From an uncultured delta proteobacterium (GTDB lineage: Bacteria; Myxococcota; Myxococcia; Myxococcales; Anaeromyxobacteraceae), in assembly GCA_963766715.1 (NCBI GenBank), contig CAVYBH010000008.1, forward strand, positions 480,001 through 544,000: a stretch of DNA of 64,000 bases. The letters run 5' to 3'. The position numbers were made by a program, and so were the translations under genes. Below the pieces are notes generated by a model that ran no database searches, was not told the origin of the DNA, and saw only the letters and a program-made list of their open reading frames with translations. Of the stretch, positions 1 to 11,158 are shown piece by piece; the stretch's first letter is position 1, and every line of letters begins with the position of its first letter.

Positions 1-683
1 CGTCTCGGTGGACCTCATCTACGGCGGGCGCCGGGCCTCGGTCGGATCGGCGCGCGCCGACGCCGCGCGCCTCACGTCACTCCCGGTGACGCACGTGTCG
101 GCCTACGCGCTCACCCTCGACGCCGAGGTGCTGGCCGAGGACGTCCCCTTCTCCCGCCTGGCCCGGGAGGGAAAGCTCTCCTTCCCGGACGACGACGAGG
201 TGCTCGACGAGGGGCGCGCCATCGCGTCCGTTCTCGAGGCGGCCGGCCTGCGGCGCTACGAGATCTCCAACTTCGCGCGCCCCGGGTTCGAGTCGCGCCA
301 CAACCTCCTGTACTGGCGGTCGGAGGACTACCTGGGCGCAGGGGCCGGCGCCGTCGGATGCGCCCGCACCGAGGACGGCGCGGTGCGCTGGACCAACCAC
401 CGGGATCACGTCCCCTGGCTCGCCGCCGTGGAGGGCGGCGCGCTCCCCTCCGCCGAGGAGGAGGTGCTCGGGCCCGTCGCGCTCCGCAACGAGCGGGTGA
501 TGCTCGCCTTGCGCACCACCGAGGGGCTCGAGGCGTCGCTGGCTCTCCCCCGCGCAGCGGCGCGAGGCGGCGGCGCTCGTCGGCGCCGGGCTGGCGACGC
601 TCCGGGGCGGCCGGCTCGCGCTCACGCCGGAGGGCATGGAGCTTCACAGCGCGGTGGCGGAACGGCTCTTCGAGGACCGGTGA
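1..683 (+). CDS. hemW: Radical SAM heme chaperone HemW / HemN-like protein, C-terminal part (5' truncated by window, frameshift near 550)
   Basis: Motifs DLIYG, HVSAYALT, YEISNFARPGFESRHNLLYW, DYLGAGAGA. A shifted frame continues ...MELHSAVAERLFEDR to TGA at 681-683. Confidence 0.8.
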
Positions 684-774
684 AGGCCGGCGGGCCCCGA
701 CCCAAACGCGCCGGCGGATAAGGCGCGGACGGTCGATTCGAAATTCCTGCGCAGCCTCCGGTAAGGCGTCCCGA

Positions 775-3700
775 TCAGGGCGCGGCGCCCAGGTCCATGG
801 GCAGCCCCTGGGCCTCGTCCACCGCCGCGGCGAAGTGGGCGAAGTCGGGGTAGGCGTCCACCGGGATCCGGGCGCGCCGGAGCTCGAGCCGGTCCTCGCG
901 GACGAGGGTTCCGTCCTCGACGCGCTCCGTCCGGGTGAAGACACCCTGGGGCGCCGTCGCGCCGGTCGCCGGATTCGCGGCGGGGATCGCGCCGGGCGGC
1001 GGCGTCAGCTCGATGTGCAGGGTCGCGCTCTCGTCCGCCCCGAGGAGCAGCGGGCTCTCGCGCGCGGCCATGGGCGCGTAGCGGCTGGCGAGCCGCGCCG
1101 GGTACGGAATCGCGTCGACGGTGAGGCGCCCCCCCGAGGGACGGGCGAGGCCGGAGACCCGGGCGCGGTAGCGGATCACCAGGGGCTCTCCCACCTTGCG
1201 CTCCCCGTCGATCCGGACGTCCTCGACCACCAGCGAGCGGAAGCTGCGGGAGAGCGCCTGCTCCAGCGCCCGGCGGCGCCCGGTCTCGTCGAGCTGCTCG
1301 AGCGCGACCTTCGCGCCTGCCCCGTCGAAGCCGGCGTAGGTCTCGGTGCCCTCGACGGTGGCGTCCCCGCTGGCGTCGACCTGGATGCGAAGCCGCACGT
1401 CGTTCTGGTCGGCGCCCGGGACCGCCGGCGTCCGCTCCCGGCGAAGCGCCTCGCCGGGGCGCGGCAGGACCAGCGCCTCCGAGTCCCGGGCCCCGGGAGG
1501 AAGGGCTCCGAAGGGCGCCCAGCGAACCGACGGCTCGAGCCAGAGGACCTTCCCGTCCGCTTCCGCGCGGATGGCGGCGACGGGGTAGAGCTCGAGGCGC
1601 GGGAAGCGCCAGGGCTGGGGGTCGACGTAGAAGGGGCGGATGAGGGCCACGCGCGCCGGCACGCCCAGGGCGTCGAGCAAGGCGAGCAGCACGAGCGTCC
1701 GGTTGCCGCGCCCCCGGGAGAGGACGTGGCTCGCCTGGTCGGTGAACGGCCCGGTGCCTTCCACCCGATCCATCACGGCCTGGTAGGCGGCGCGGACGAG
1801 CGCCTCGCCGCGCCGCTGTGGCTCGCCCGGCGGGTAGCGCAGCGTGCGGGCCATGGCCTCGATCTCGGCGCTGGGCCGGATGCGCTCCACGAACGCGTCG
1901 GCCGCGGCGAGCGCGACGGCGTCCGTCCCCTCCCCCGACCCGGCCTGGATCATCGGGACGTACTCGGAGATGCCCGGGGCGCCGGGCTCGGCCACGAGGG
2001 CGGCGACCTGGCGCGCCTCGGCCCGCATGACGTCGCGGTCCCCCCGTCGCTCCACCGGCGGAGGCGGCATGTGCCGCACGTCGAGCTCGAGCGCGCCCGC
2101 CGGCGCGGCCACCGCGTAGGTCGACCGGAAGAAGGGCAGCTGCTCGCCCTGGAAGAAGAACGGGTCCGAGCCCCAGCCCGGCACCGCCGGGCCGCGAGCC
2201 GGGTTGGCGCGCAGCCATTCGACCTCGAGGTAGTCGCCGGGCTCGAGCCCGGCCGCCGAGAGCGTCCGCTTGTCGCCGCCGTGCTCCTCCGGCTCGAGGA
2301 CCCTCCCGTCCCGCTTGCGGGTCTTCAGCTGGAGCAGGGCCGCGCCGCCCGGCACCTCGACCTCGCCCCATTTCTCCACGCCGCGCGCGTCGTGGACGTG
2401 GATGACCTGGTGGGTGCGCTCGAGGGTGGAGCCGTCGGCGAGGGCCTCGACGGCGGCCGCGTCGAGGACCAGCGAGGCCGAGGTCGTGACCGGCACCGCC
2501 GCCGCCTCGTAGGCCCGGATGGTGGCCGGGCCGTCGTCGGCGAGGTCCTCGAGGAGCTCGTGGCCGTCCTCGAGGGCGAGCGCGCGCCGGAGCTGGAGGT
2601 CAGACCCGTCGAGGGCGATGGCCCGCTCCCTCGCCGCCCGGGCCGCGCTCCGCTGCCCGGCCAGCTCGAGCAGGTCTCCCAGCCTCCGCTGGAGGCGGGC
2701 GTCGTTCGGCCAGATCCGGGAGATCTCCTCGACCTCGGCGGCGGCGCCGGCCGGGTTGCCCTGGCGCGACGAGGATCCTCGCCAGGGACAGGCGCGCGTC
2801 GATGCGCGTCGGCGCGGACCGGACGACGTCCTTCCAGATCGCCGCGGCGCCCGCGAGATCGCCGCGGGACCGCCGGTGCTCGGCGAGCCGCTCCATTCCC
2901 CCGGGACAGGGGCGCAGCGCCAGGGCGGCCTCGTCCTCGAGGGCCACCGCGTCGCGCCGGCTCGCCATCTCGGAGAGGACCGTCGAGGCGGAGCAGTCCC
3001 CGGCCCGCGAGACCTCGAGCACGATGCTCTCGGCGGCCTCGGGGAAGCTCCGCGCGGCGAGCAGCCGCGCCCGCGCCAGCCGCGCGCGAGGCTGCGCGGC
3101 CGGACGATCGGGAAGGGTCGACAGGAGCACCTCCGCGTCGTCGAGCCGCCCCGCGCCCAGGGCCACCTCGGCCAGCAGCAGCCGGGTCGCGGCGTCGCCC
3201 GGGTCCATCCGGGCGGCCTCCTTCCAGTCGGCCTCCGCACGCGCCCGCGCGGTCCGCTCGGCCTGGGTGGCGTCGCCGGCCACCGCGTCGCCGCGCGCGG
3301 CGCGGACCACGGCCGCCTTCGGGGCGAGCGCCACCGCCTCGTCGAGGAGGACCATGGCGGCTTGCCGGTCGTTGTCGATGCGGTCGCGCGCGGCGACGAG
3401 CCGGGCCAGGGCCGCGCCGCCCGCCGGCTCGAGCGCCTCGGCGAGCGAGCGCGCGGAGAGGATCGGGGCGCTCGGCCGTCCGTCGACCACGGCCGGCCCG
3501 GGCCCCGCCGCCGGCGTCCAGGTCGCCTCGGTCGGGGCGCCGTCGTCGCGCGCGAGCGCGACCGCCAGGGTGGGTCGTGCGGTGCCGCGCGTGAGCTTGA
3601 CGAGGACGCGGTGGGCGCCCGCCGTGAGGTCGAGGGGCACGACCTGGACCGCCGACGGCCACCCCGACCAGGCGAGCCGCTCCGCCCGGGGCACGCCGTC

Positions 3701-4472
3701 GACGAAGAGCCGCGCCGAGGCGGTGGTGCCGAGCGCCAGGAGGAAGCGCCCACCCCGCGCCAGCTCGAGGTCGGCGGCCAGGTACCAGACGTCTCCCGGG
3801 ATCGCCTCGCCGTCGAGGGCCACGGCCCCCTCCGGGATCCGGAGCGGGCGGGACACGAGCGGCGCCGCGCCCGGGCGCTCCCAGCGCGGAAGCCAGGGGC
3901 CTTCCTCCGGCGCGAACCGGCGGCTCATGTCGAGCGCGTGGAGCGCGCCGAAGGGGCCGGCGATGGACCAGGCGGTGACCGCGCCGTTCTGCCCGCGCAG
4001 GCGGATGGCCTCGGCGAAGTCGCCTCGCGTCTCGGCGGCGCCGGCGCGGGCGGCGCGGGCCCGGTAGGCGTGCAGCCCCGTGAACCGGCCGGCGGCGAGC
4101 GCGTCCCGGAGCGCGGCGTCCACGCGCTCGGCGAGCGCCGGCGACGGGCCGCTCGCCTCGCTGAGCCTCCGCATCGCGACGAGCGCGAGCGGGTGGCGGG
4201 GGGCGGCCGCGACCAGGGCGAGCCAGGCGTCCACCTCGTCCTCGGCGTCGAGCGCGCGCTCGGCCAGCATGGCCCGGCCGAGCAGCGGCCACGGGTCGGC
4301 CGGATCGCGGGCGGCGTCGGCGCGGAAGCGGGCCTCGGCGGCGACGGGGTCTCCGCGTCCGAGCCAGTCGTCGAACCCGGAGGGGCCGGCCGCGGGCGCG
4401 GCGAGGGCGGGCGCGGCGAGCCCGAGGAGCAGGGCCAGGAGCGGCCGGGCCAGGAGGCGGATCGGCGTTCAC
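775..4472 (-). CDS. Exported TPR-repeat protein with C-terminal DUF3857 / transglutaminase-like domains, probably catalytically inactive (frameshifts near 4460 and 2770)
   Basis: Joined from ORF 2600..4270 (WSIAGPF, TPR helices) and the 3' part of 775..3753 (LERTHQVIHV, LEPGDYLEVEW, LWLEPS). Signal-peptide-like LLALLLGLAAPALA follows GTG 4472. Confidence 0.7.
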
Positions 4473-7400
4473 GGCGTGCCTCCGTCCTCACGCCGGAGGC
4501 GGACGGGCCGCAGGCAGCGCCCGGTCGAGCCCGGAGAGGAACTCCCGGAAGGCCGGGTAGTCGGCCGCGGCGATGCGGCGCGCCGTGACCTGGAAGGAGC
4601 CCTCGGCGACGAGCACCCCGCCCTCCTCCTTCGTGGAGACCGTCCAGGCGCCGAAGGGACCCTCCCGCCGCTCCGGGGCCGGCAGCGACACCGGCTTCAT
4701 CCCGGGCGGGAGCCTGTAACGGAACGTGAACTGGTTGTCGAGGGGGTGCGCCAGCACGAGATCGTACCTGCGGGCGGCCAGCGGCGCGAACGACTCCATC
4801 CAGTTCTGCCCCAGGCCGAACGGGGAGAGCTGGAGGCCCCCGTTCTCCGGACGGGCCAGGCGCGGGACGGCGAGCCGGAAGGTGACGCTCACGTCGTCCT
4901 CGATCCGGGAGAGGTCGCTCGTCTCGACCTTCTCGGCCTTCAGCCCGGGGAAGGTGCGGGCGAAGCTCCGCTCCAGGGCGGCGGTGCGGCCGCTCTCCGA
5001 CTGGTAGCCGCGGCGGAACTCGGGCGCCTGCACGCCGGAGACCCGGGCCGTCCCGTCCACCACGGCCGATCCGTCGGCGGCGAGCGCCACCTGGAAGTCC
5101 GAGCGCATCCGGTCCTGCCCCGGCCCCGCCTCGGGCAGGGTCCGGAAGGTCGGCGGGGCGCCGGGGTTCACCACCAGCACCGTGGCTCCCCGGTCCTCGG
5201 CCGGGAGCTCGCGCGACCCGGAGCCCGTCGCGGTGCCGTCCAGCCAGAGGTCGAGCTCGGGCACGTAGAGGATGGCGTGGTTGAAGACCGCCAGCGAGGC
5301 GGGCGAGGCGGGGAGGTTCCCGAGCCGGCGCATGCGCAGCAGCACCAGGCGCGAGTCGATCCCCGCCGCCTCGAGCAGCGCGTGCATCAGGCTCGCCTTG
5401 TCCTTGCAGTCGCCGAAGCGGCGGGTCAGCACCTGCTCCACCTGGTACGGCTTGTAGCCGTGGATGCCGAACTCCAGCCCCACGTAGCGGGTGCTGGTCA
5501 CCACCTCGTCGTAGACGGCGCGCACGATCTCGGCGCGGAGCTCCTTCTCGGATCGCCCGGCGTTCTCCGGGCGCGCCCGCACCGCGGCCACGATCCGGGC
5601 CGACTCGGCGCGGACCCCGGGACCCGGGCGGAGCTGCTCGCGCACCAGCCCCTCGTAGAACCGGGCCACCTCGTCCCAGCTGCCGTACGTGGAGACGTGG
5701 ACGTAGGGGATCGACTCGGCCATGCCCGGCATGCCCGGCTCGGGCTGCAGGCGGGGCAGGTCGGTGGCGGTCCAGCGGTACTCCCGGACCCCGCCCGGCA
5801 GGTCATTCACGGAACGTGACAGATGGGGAACGGGGGGATCGCTCACGTGCATGGGCCGGGCCGCCGGCGCGAGCAGCACGTAGTCCATCCGGTCCTTGCG
5901 GACGGAGTCGGCGAAGGGGGTGACCTCGCCGAAGTAGTCGGAGAGCAGGTTCTCGCCGGCGACGTCGTCCACCCGCCAGGCCAGCTCCAGCACGTCGCCC
6001 GCGGCCAGCGCCGGCACGATCACCTGCCGGACCCGCGTGTCGTAGTAGAGCCGGTACCAGGGCTCGCTGGTGCTCCGGTCTCCCTCCTGGTGGGTCTCCA
6101 CCACCGTGCCGTCCGCCTTCCACACCCGGGCCCGCTCCACGCGGACGTCCTGCCGCCCGGGCACGTAGCCGATGGGGTGGGCGCGGAACCCGTCGGCGCC
6201 GCGCGCCGTGTGGGCCTTGGCCACGACCTGGTAGTAGGTCGAGGCGAGGCCGGACGGGTAGACCCGGGTGACCTTGGTCTCGGAGAGGATGGCGGCGTCC
6301 TCGTCCCCGCGGCGGGGCGGCGGGTTCCGGGCCAGCGCCGCGGCGTCCACCAGGTAGGGGGTCTCGAACCGCTCCTGCTTCGGCTCGAGCTGCCGGACCA
6401 GCTCCTTCAGCTGCGGGCTCTGCGGCTTCAGCTCGATGGCCTTCTGGAGCTCGACGAGCGCCTCCCCCCGGCGGCCCTCGCGCAAGAGCTGGCGCCCGAG
6501 CCGCTCGTGCACGTCCGGCTCGTCGGGGGAGAGGCGAAGCGCGGCCTGGAAGTCGGCGTCGGCCACGTCGGGGTGGCCGTTGGCGGCGAGCAGCTCGGCG
6601 CGCCGCAGGCGCAGGTACGGGTCGCCGGGCGAGAGCCGGATGGCGTCGCCCAGGAGGTCGAGGGCGCCGTCCAGGTCGCCTCGATCGAGGAGCAGCGTGG
6701 TGAGGGCCCCCCGGGCCTGGACGTCGTCGTGGCGCAGCGCGAGCACCTTCCGGTACCAGCCCATCGCTTCCTCGGTCCGGTCGAGGCGCCTCGCGGCCCG
6801 GGCCGCGCCCTCGGCCGCGCCGGGGAGCCCGGGCATCTCCTCGCCCAGCCGGAGCATCTCGAGCTGCGACCGGGACGGGTACCCGGAGAGCTCCCACGCC
6901 TGCGCGAGCATCCCGCGGACCGAGGCCCAGGCGGGCCAGTCGGCGGCGATCGGCGTCATCTGGCGCACCGCCTCCTGGGGACGCCCGTGGCGCATCTCCT
7001 CCTCGGCGAGCGCCAGGCGGGCCACCGGGCTCGACGGGTCGGCCCGCAGCGCCGCCTCGATCCGCTCCCGCCGGCGGTTCGGGTCCTGGTCCTCCAGGCG
7101 GGCCGCCAGGAGCTGCGCCTCGGCGTCCTTCGGCAGGAGGTCCGCGGCGCGGCGCGCCTCCCGGGCGGGCGCGTGCTCGCCTGCGTCCTCGGTGAGCTTC
7201 TCCCCCAGGGCCACCGCCAGGTCCATGCGGGCCCTTCCCTCGGCCTCCCCGCGCGCGGCGGCCGCCCTCCGCGCCAGCACCGTCACCACCGACTCGACGC
7301 GGGTGGGGCGCGGCGCAGGGCCGGCGGCGAGCGGCGGGGCAGGCGGCATCGGGGCCGGCCGGGTGGCGATGGGCTCGCCGGCCGGGTCGGTGAGGCGCAT

Positions 7401-8177
7401 GGCGAGCCCCATCTCTCCCTGATCCTGGGCGAGCTTGACGAGGATCCGGTTCGGACCCTTGCGCAGGGTGACGTCCACGGCCGCCTGGTCGAGCCGGGCG
7501 GGGTGGTAGGCGGTCTCGGTGAGCACCGGCGTCCCGTTCACCCAGAGTCGAAAGGCCCCGCTGGCCCCGATCCAGAGCCGGGCCCGGCGGGAGGTGGCCA
7601 CCTCCGGCACCGCCAGCGCGTAGACCACCACCTCGCGCTGCGGGCGCACGGCGGTGGAGAGGGCCACGATGCCGCGGAACTCGAGCTCGGGCGGCAGCGG
7701 CCGCCAGCCCACCTCGCGCGCCTTTCCGGGGAAGCGCGCCGACAGGTCGATGGCCCGCTCGGGCGGGAACTCCCGCTCCAGGCCGGCCCGTCCCTCGTTG
7801 TCGAAGGGCCCGGCGATCCACCAGCCGCGCACGAACCCGAGCCTCTCCCGCTCGGCCTCGGCGCGGTTCGGGTTGCCGCCCGTCTCCTCGACCGCGGCGA
7901 GGAACCAGCGCGCCAGCGCCCGGACCTCGGGGTGCGCCCTGGCGTCCTCGGCGATGGCCCGGTACGACGCCGCCGGCCGGGCCAGGTCGGAGAGCGACGG
8001 CTCCATCTCGCGGATCCGGACGAGCGGGGCGATGGCGCGGGGATCGGCGTGGCTCCGGCGCAGGTCCGCGGCGGCCGCCTCGTAGGCGGCGTCGGTCGGA
8101 TCCGCCTTCCCGGACGTGGCGGAGGACGGCCCGGCGGCGAGGAGCGCCAGGGGCAGGAGCAGGAGGGTGAGCGGCAC
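4469..8177 (-). CDS. Exported TPR + DUF3857 + transglutaminase-like protein (~1230 aa)
   Basis: ORF 4488..8177 has an N-terminal signal peptide, WWIAGPFDN, TPR repeats, RYVGLEFGIHGYKP, GDCKDKA, FNHAI and WLDGT. The true stop is probably TGA 4469-4471, overlapping the next GTG (terminal frameshift). Confidence 0.85.
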
Positions 8178-8227
8178 GCCCGGAGTCTACCGCCGGAATG
8201 GCCCGCGAATTCCGCCGATCGCCCGGT

Positions 8228-8854
8228 TCAGCCGGCGCAGGCCACCGCGACCACCGTCACGCCCCGGGCCCCCGCATCCAGGAGCGCCCGGGTGGCGGCC
8301 GCGGCGGTGGCCCCCGTGGTCACCACGTCGTCGAGGAGGACGAGATCGAGCCCGGCCACGGCCCCCGAGGCCACGAAGGCGCCCTCGACGTTGCGGGCCC
8401 GCGCGGCGCGATCGAGACCCACCTGCGGCGGGGTCTCCCGGACCCGCCGGATGGAGCCCCGGAGCAGGCGAAGCCCGGCCGCCCGGGCGAAGGCCCCGGC
8501 CAGCAGCATGGCCTGATCGTAGCCGCGGGCGGTGCGGCGCCCCCTGGCCAGGGGCACCCAGGCCACCCGGGCCCCCGGCGGGACGGCGACCCTGCCGGCC
8601 AGCCACCGCCCGAGGGGAGCCGCGGCCTCGGCGCGATCCCCGTACTTGAGGGCGTGGATGGCGTCGGCGATCGGGCCGCCGAAGAGCGCGCCGGCGCGGG
8701 CGCCCGCCGGGCCGGCCGGGGCGGGGTCGATGGCTCCGTCGCAGAGGGCGCAGAAGGGCGAGGGAGCCGCCGGGGCGTCTCCGCAGGCCGGGCAGCGCGG
8801 CGGGAAGGCGAGGTCGACGAGCGCGGCGCCGAAGGCCTGGAGCGCCCCCGCCAC
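8228..8854 (-). CDS. comF: ComF family protein (double zinc ribbon + phosphoribosyltransferase domain)
   Basis: FPPRCPAC...FCALC, IHALKY, RGYDQA, LLDDVVTTGAT. Confidence 0.85.
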   Translation of the reverse strand: MAGALQAFGAALVDLAFPPRCPACGDAPAAPSPFCALCDGAIDPAPAGPAGARAGALFGGPIADAIHALKYGDRAEAAAPLGRWLAGRVAVPPGARVAWVPLARGRRTARGYDQAMLLAGAFARAAGLRLLRGSIRRVRETPPQVGLDRAARARNVEGAFVASGAVAGLDLVLLDDVVTTGATAAAATRALLDAGARGVTVVAVACAG

Positions 8855-8855
8855 T

Positions 8856-10406
8856 CTACTTCACCAGGAGTCCGAGCCCCTTCATCTCCTTGGGCTGGGG
8901 GAGCCCGAGGACCTGGAGGGCGGTGGGGGCCACGTCGGCGAGCACCCCGTCCTTGCGGAGCTTCGCGCCGCGCAGGTCCGGATCGGCCAGGATGAAGGGC
9001 ACCGGCCCCAGGGTGTGCGCGGTGTGCGGCTCCCCCGTGATCGGGTCGACCATCATCTCGCAGTTGCCGTGGTCGGCCGTGACCATCATGGCCATGCCGG
9101 CCTCCCGGGCCGCCGCCCAGAGCCGTCCGATGCACTCGTCCACCACCTTCACGGCCTTCACCGCGGCGTCGAGCAGTCCGGTGTGCCCCACCATGTCCGG
9201 GTTGGCGTAGTTCACCAGGATGAAGCCGTAGCGCTTGGTCCGCACCGCCTCCACGACCTTTTCGGTGACCTCGCGGGCGCTCATCTCCGGCTTCTCGTCG
9301 TAGGTCTTCACCTCCCGCGGGCTGGGCACGAGGATCCGATCCTCCCCGGGGAAGACCGTCTCCCGCCCTCCGTTGAAGAAGAAGGTGACGTGGGCGTACT
9401 TCTCGGTCTCGGCGCAGCGAAGCTGCTTCAGGCCGGCCCGCGACACGATCTCCGGGAAGATCTCGGTGGGCTGCTCGGGCGGGAAGGCCGCGGGGAGCCC
9501 GAAGGTCTCGTCGTACTGGGCCATGCCGGCGAAGGCCGAGAGGCGCGGGCGCGAGGAGACGTCGAACTCCTTGAAGCCGGTCTGCATGAAGGCGCGGGTG
9601 ATCTCGCGCGCCCGGTCGGCGCGGAAGTTGAAGAACACGAGCGCGTCGCCGTCCTTCAGGCGCGTCACGGGCTCCCCGCCCCCGTTCACGACCACCGTCG
9701 GCTTCACGAACTCGTCGGTCTCGCCCCGGGCGTAGGCCTGCTCGACGGCGTTCACCCCGGAGGTGGCCTTCACCCCCTCGGCGCGGACCATGGCGTCGAA
9801 GGCCTCCTTCACCCGGTCCCACCGCTTGTCCCGGTCCATGGCCCAGAAGCGGCCCATGACCGTGGCCACCTTGCCGTAGCCCTTCTCCTTCATCCTCCGC
9901 TCGAGCGACCGCACGTAGCCGAGCCCGCTCTTCGGCGGCGTGTCGCGGCCGTCGAGGAAGGCGTGCACGTAGGCCTTGCCCACCCCCTCGCGCCGCGCCA
10001 GCTCGAGGAGCGCGTGCAGGTGCTCCTCGTGGCTGTGGACGCCGCCGTCCGAGACGAGCCCCATGAAGTGGACGGCGCCCCCCACCGCCTTGGCCTTGCG
10101 GACGGCCTCGAGCAGCTCCGGGATCTGGAAGAAGGAACCGTCCTCGATGGCCCGGTTCACGCGCACCAGGTCCTGGTAGACGATGCGGCCGGCGCCCAGG
10201 TTGGTGTGCCCGACCTCCGAGTTCCCCATCTGCCCGTCGGGCAGTCCGACGGCCAGACCCGAGGTCCGCAGCGCGGTCGACGGGTAGTCGCGCACCAGCG
10301 CGTCCATGTTGGGGGTGCCTGCGATGGCGATGGCGTTGGCTTCGCGCTCGACGCGGATGCCCCAGCCGTCGAGGACGACGAGCAGGACGGGCTTCACCTT
10401 GGGCAA
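8856..10406 (-). CDS. gpmI: 2,3-bisphosphoglycerate-independent phosphoglycerate mutase
   Basis: LDGWG, GQMGNSEVGH, AETEKYAHVTFFFNGG, NPDMVGHTG, TADHGN. Confidence 0.97.
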   Translation of the reverse strand: MPKVKPVLLVVLDGWGIRVEREANAIAIAGTPNMDALVRDYPSTALRTSGLAVGLPDGQMGNSEVGHTNLGAGRIVYQDLVRVNRAIEDGSFFQIPELLEAVRKAKAVGGAVHFMGLVSDGGVHSHEEHLHALLELARREGVGKAYVHAFLDGRDTPPKSGLGYVRSLERRMKEKGYGKVATVMGRFWAMDRDKRWDRVKEAFDAMVRAEGVKATSGVNAVEQAYARGETDEFVKPTVVVNGGGEPVTRLKDGDALVFFNFRADRAREITRAFMQTGFKEFDVSSRPRLSAFAGMAQYDETFGLPAAFPPEQPTEIFPEIVSRAGLKQLRCAETEKYAHVTFFFNGGRETVFPGEDRILVPSPREVKTYDEKPEMSAREVTEKVVEAVRTKRYGFILVNYANPDMVGHTGLLDAAVKAVKVVDECIGRLWAAAREAGMAMMVTADHGNCEMMVDPITGEPHTAHTLGPVPFILADPDLRGAKLRKDGVLADVAPTALQVLGLPQPKEMKGLGLLVK

Positions 10407-10537
10407 GTGGACCTCTCTCGGCGCGCCAGGCGCGCCCGGAATGGAGGGGGAAGCCTAGGCGACGCCCCTCCGGTTCTCAAGTGGAGCCTCCACGGATCGT
10501 GCCAGGGACGGGCCAGCCCGGGGCGGAGCGCCGCGAT

Positions 10538-10999
10538 TCACTTATGGTACGGCTCTCCACGGAGGATGGTGAAGGCGCGGTAGACCTGCTCGACGAGGAC
10601 GAGCCGGGCCAGGCGGTGGGCGAGGGTGAGCCGGGAGAGGCACAGCGACTCGGCGGCGCGGGCCCGGATGGCGTCCCCGTGCCCGTCGGAGCCGCCGACG
10701 ACCAGCGTGACGTCCTTCGCTCCCTCCACCCAGGCCGCGACGCGGCGGGCGAACTCGGGACTGGTGGTCTCCTTGCCCCGCTCGTCGAGGAGCACCACCC
10801 GCTCGCCGTCCTCGATCCGGTCGAGGAGCGACGCGGCCTCCTCGTCCTTCGCGCGGGGCGTCCCGGCCGCCTTGCGCGCCTCCGGGACCTCCTCCACCGC
10901 GAACTTCACGTAGCGGGCGATTCGCTTCGCGTACTCCTCCACCGCCGGGGCGTAGAGCCCGGACCGGTCACGGCCCACCGAGAGGAGTCGGATGCGCAC
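10538..10999 (-). CDS. rlmH: 23S rRNA (pseudouridine1915-N3)-methyltransferase
   Basis: LDERGK, VGGSDG, HRLARLVLVEQVYRAFTILRGEPYHK. Confidence 0.95.
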   Translation of the reverse strand: MRIRLLSVGRDRSGLYAPAVEEYAKRIARYVKFAVEEVPEARKAAGTPRAKDEEAASLLDRIEDGERVVLLDERGKETTSPEFARRVAAWVEGAKDVTLVVGGSDGHGDAIRARAAESLCLSRLTLAHRLARLVLVEQVYRAFTILRGEPYHK

Positions 11000-11158
11000 C
11001 GCCGGAGTCTACGCGCCCCCGGCGTGCCTCGATGGGGCGAACCCTCAGCGGGAAATCTGGGGGCCATCCGCCCGGAAACAGGTCCCGTCCCGCAAGGGCG
11101 CCTTTTCAGGGCGCTTCGGGGAGGAATCGAATCGGGAGAGCCACTCAGGGGGTGAACC

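Noticed and set aside
358..3594. Very long antisense or alternate-frame ORFs (e.g. 358..3594, 5823..8516, 19243..21993, 46478..49147)
   Set aside because: These are shadow ORFs caused by high GC. They are Arg/Pro/Gly-rich, lack motifs, and overlap well-supported genes.
8228..8854. comF plus tfoX as a competence locus
   Set aside because: The genes are 52 kb apart, there are no other DNA-uptake genes, and both families are common as stand-alone genes.
11000..11158. Less GC-rich intergenic region as a possible ncRNA or riboswitch
   Set aside because: I could not recognise a conserved RNA motif. Divergent promoters for rlmH and the EEP gene explain it adequately.
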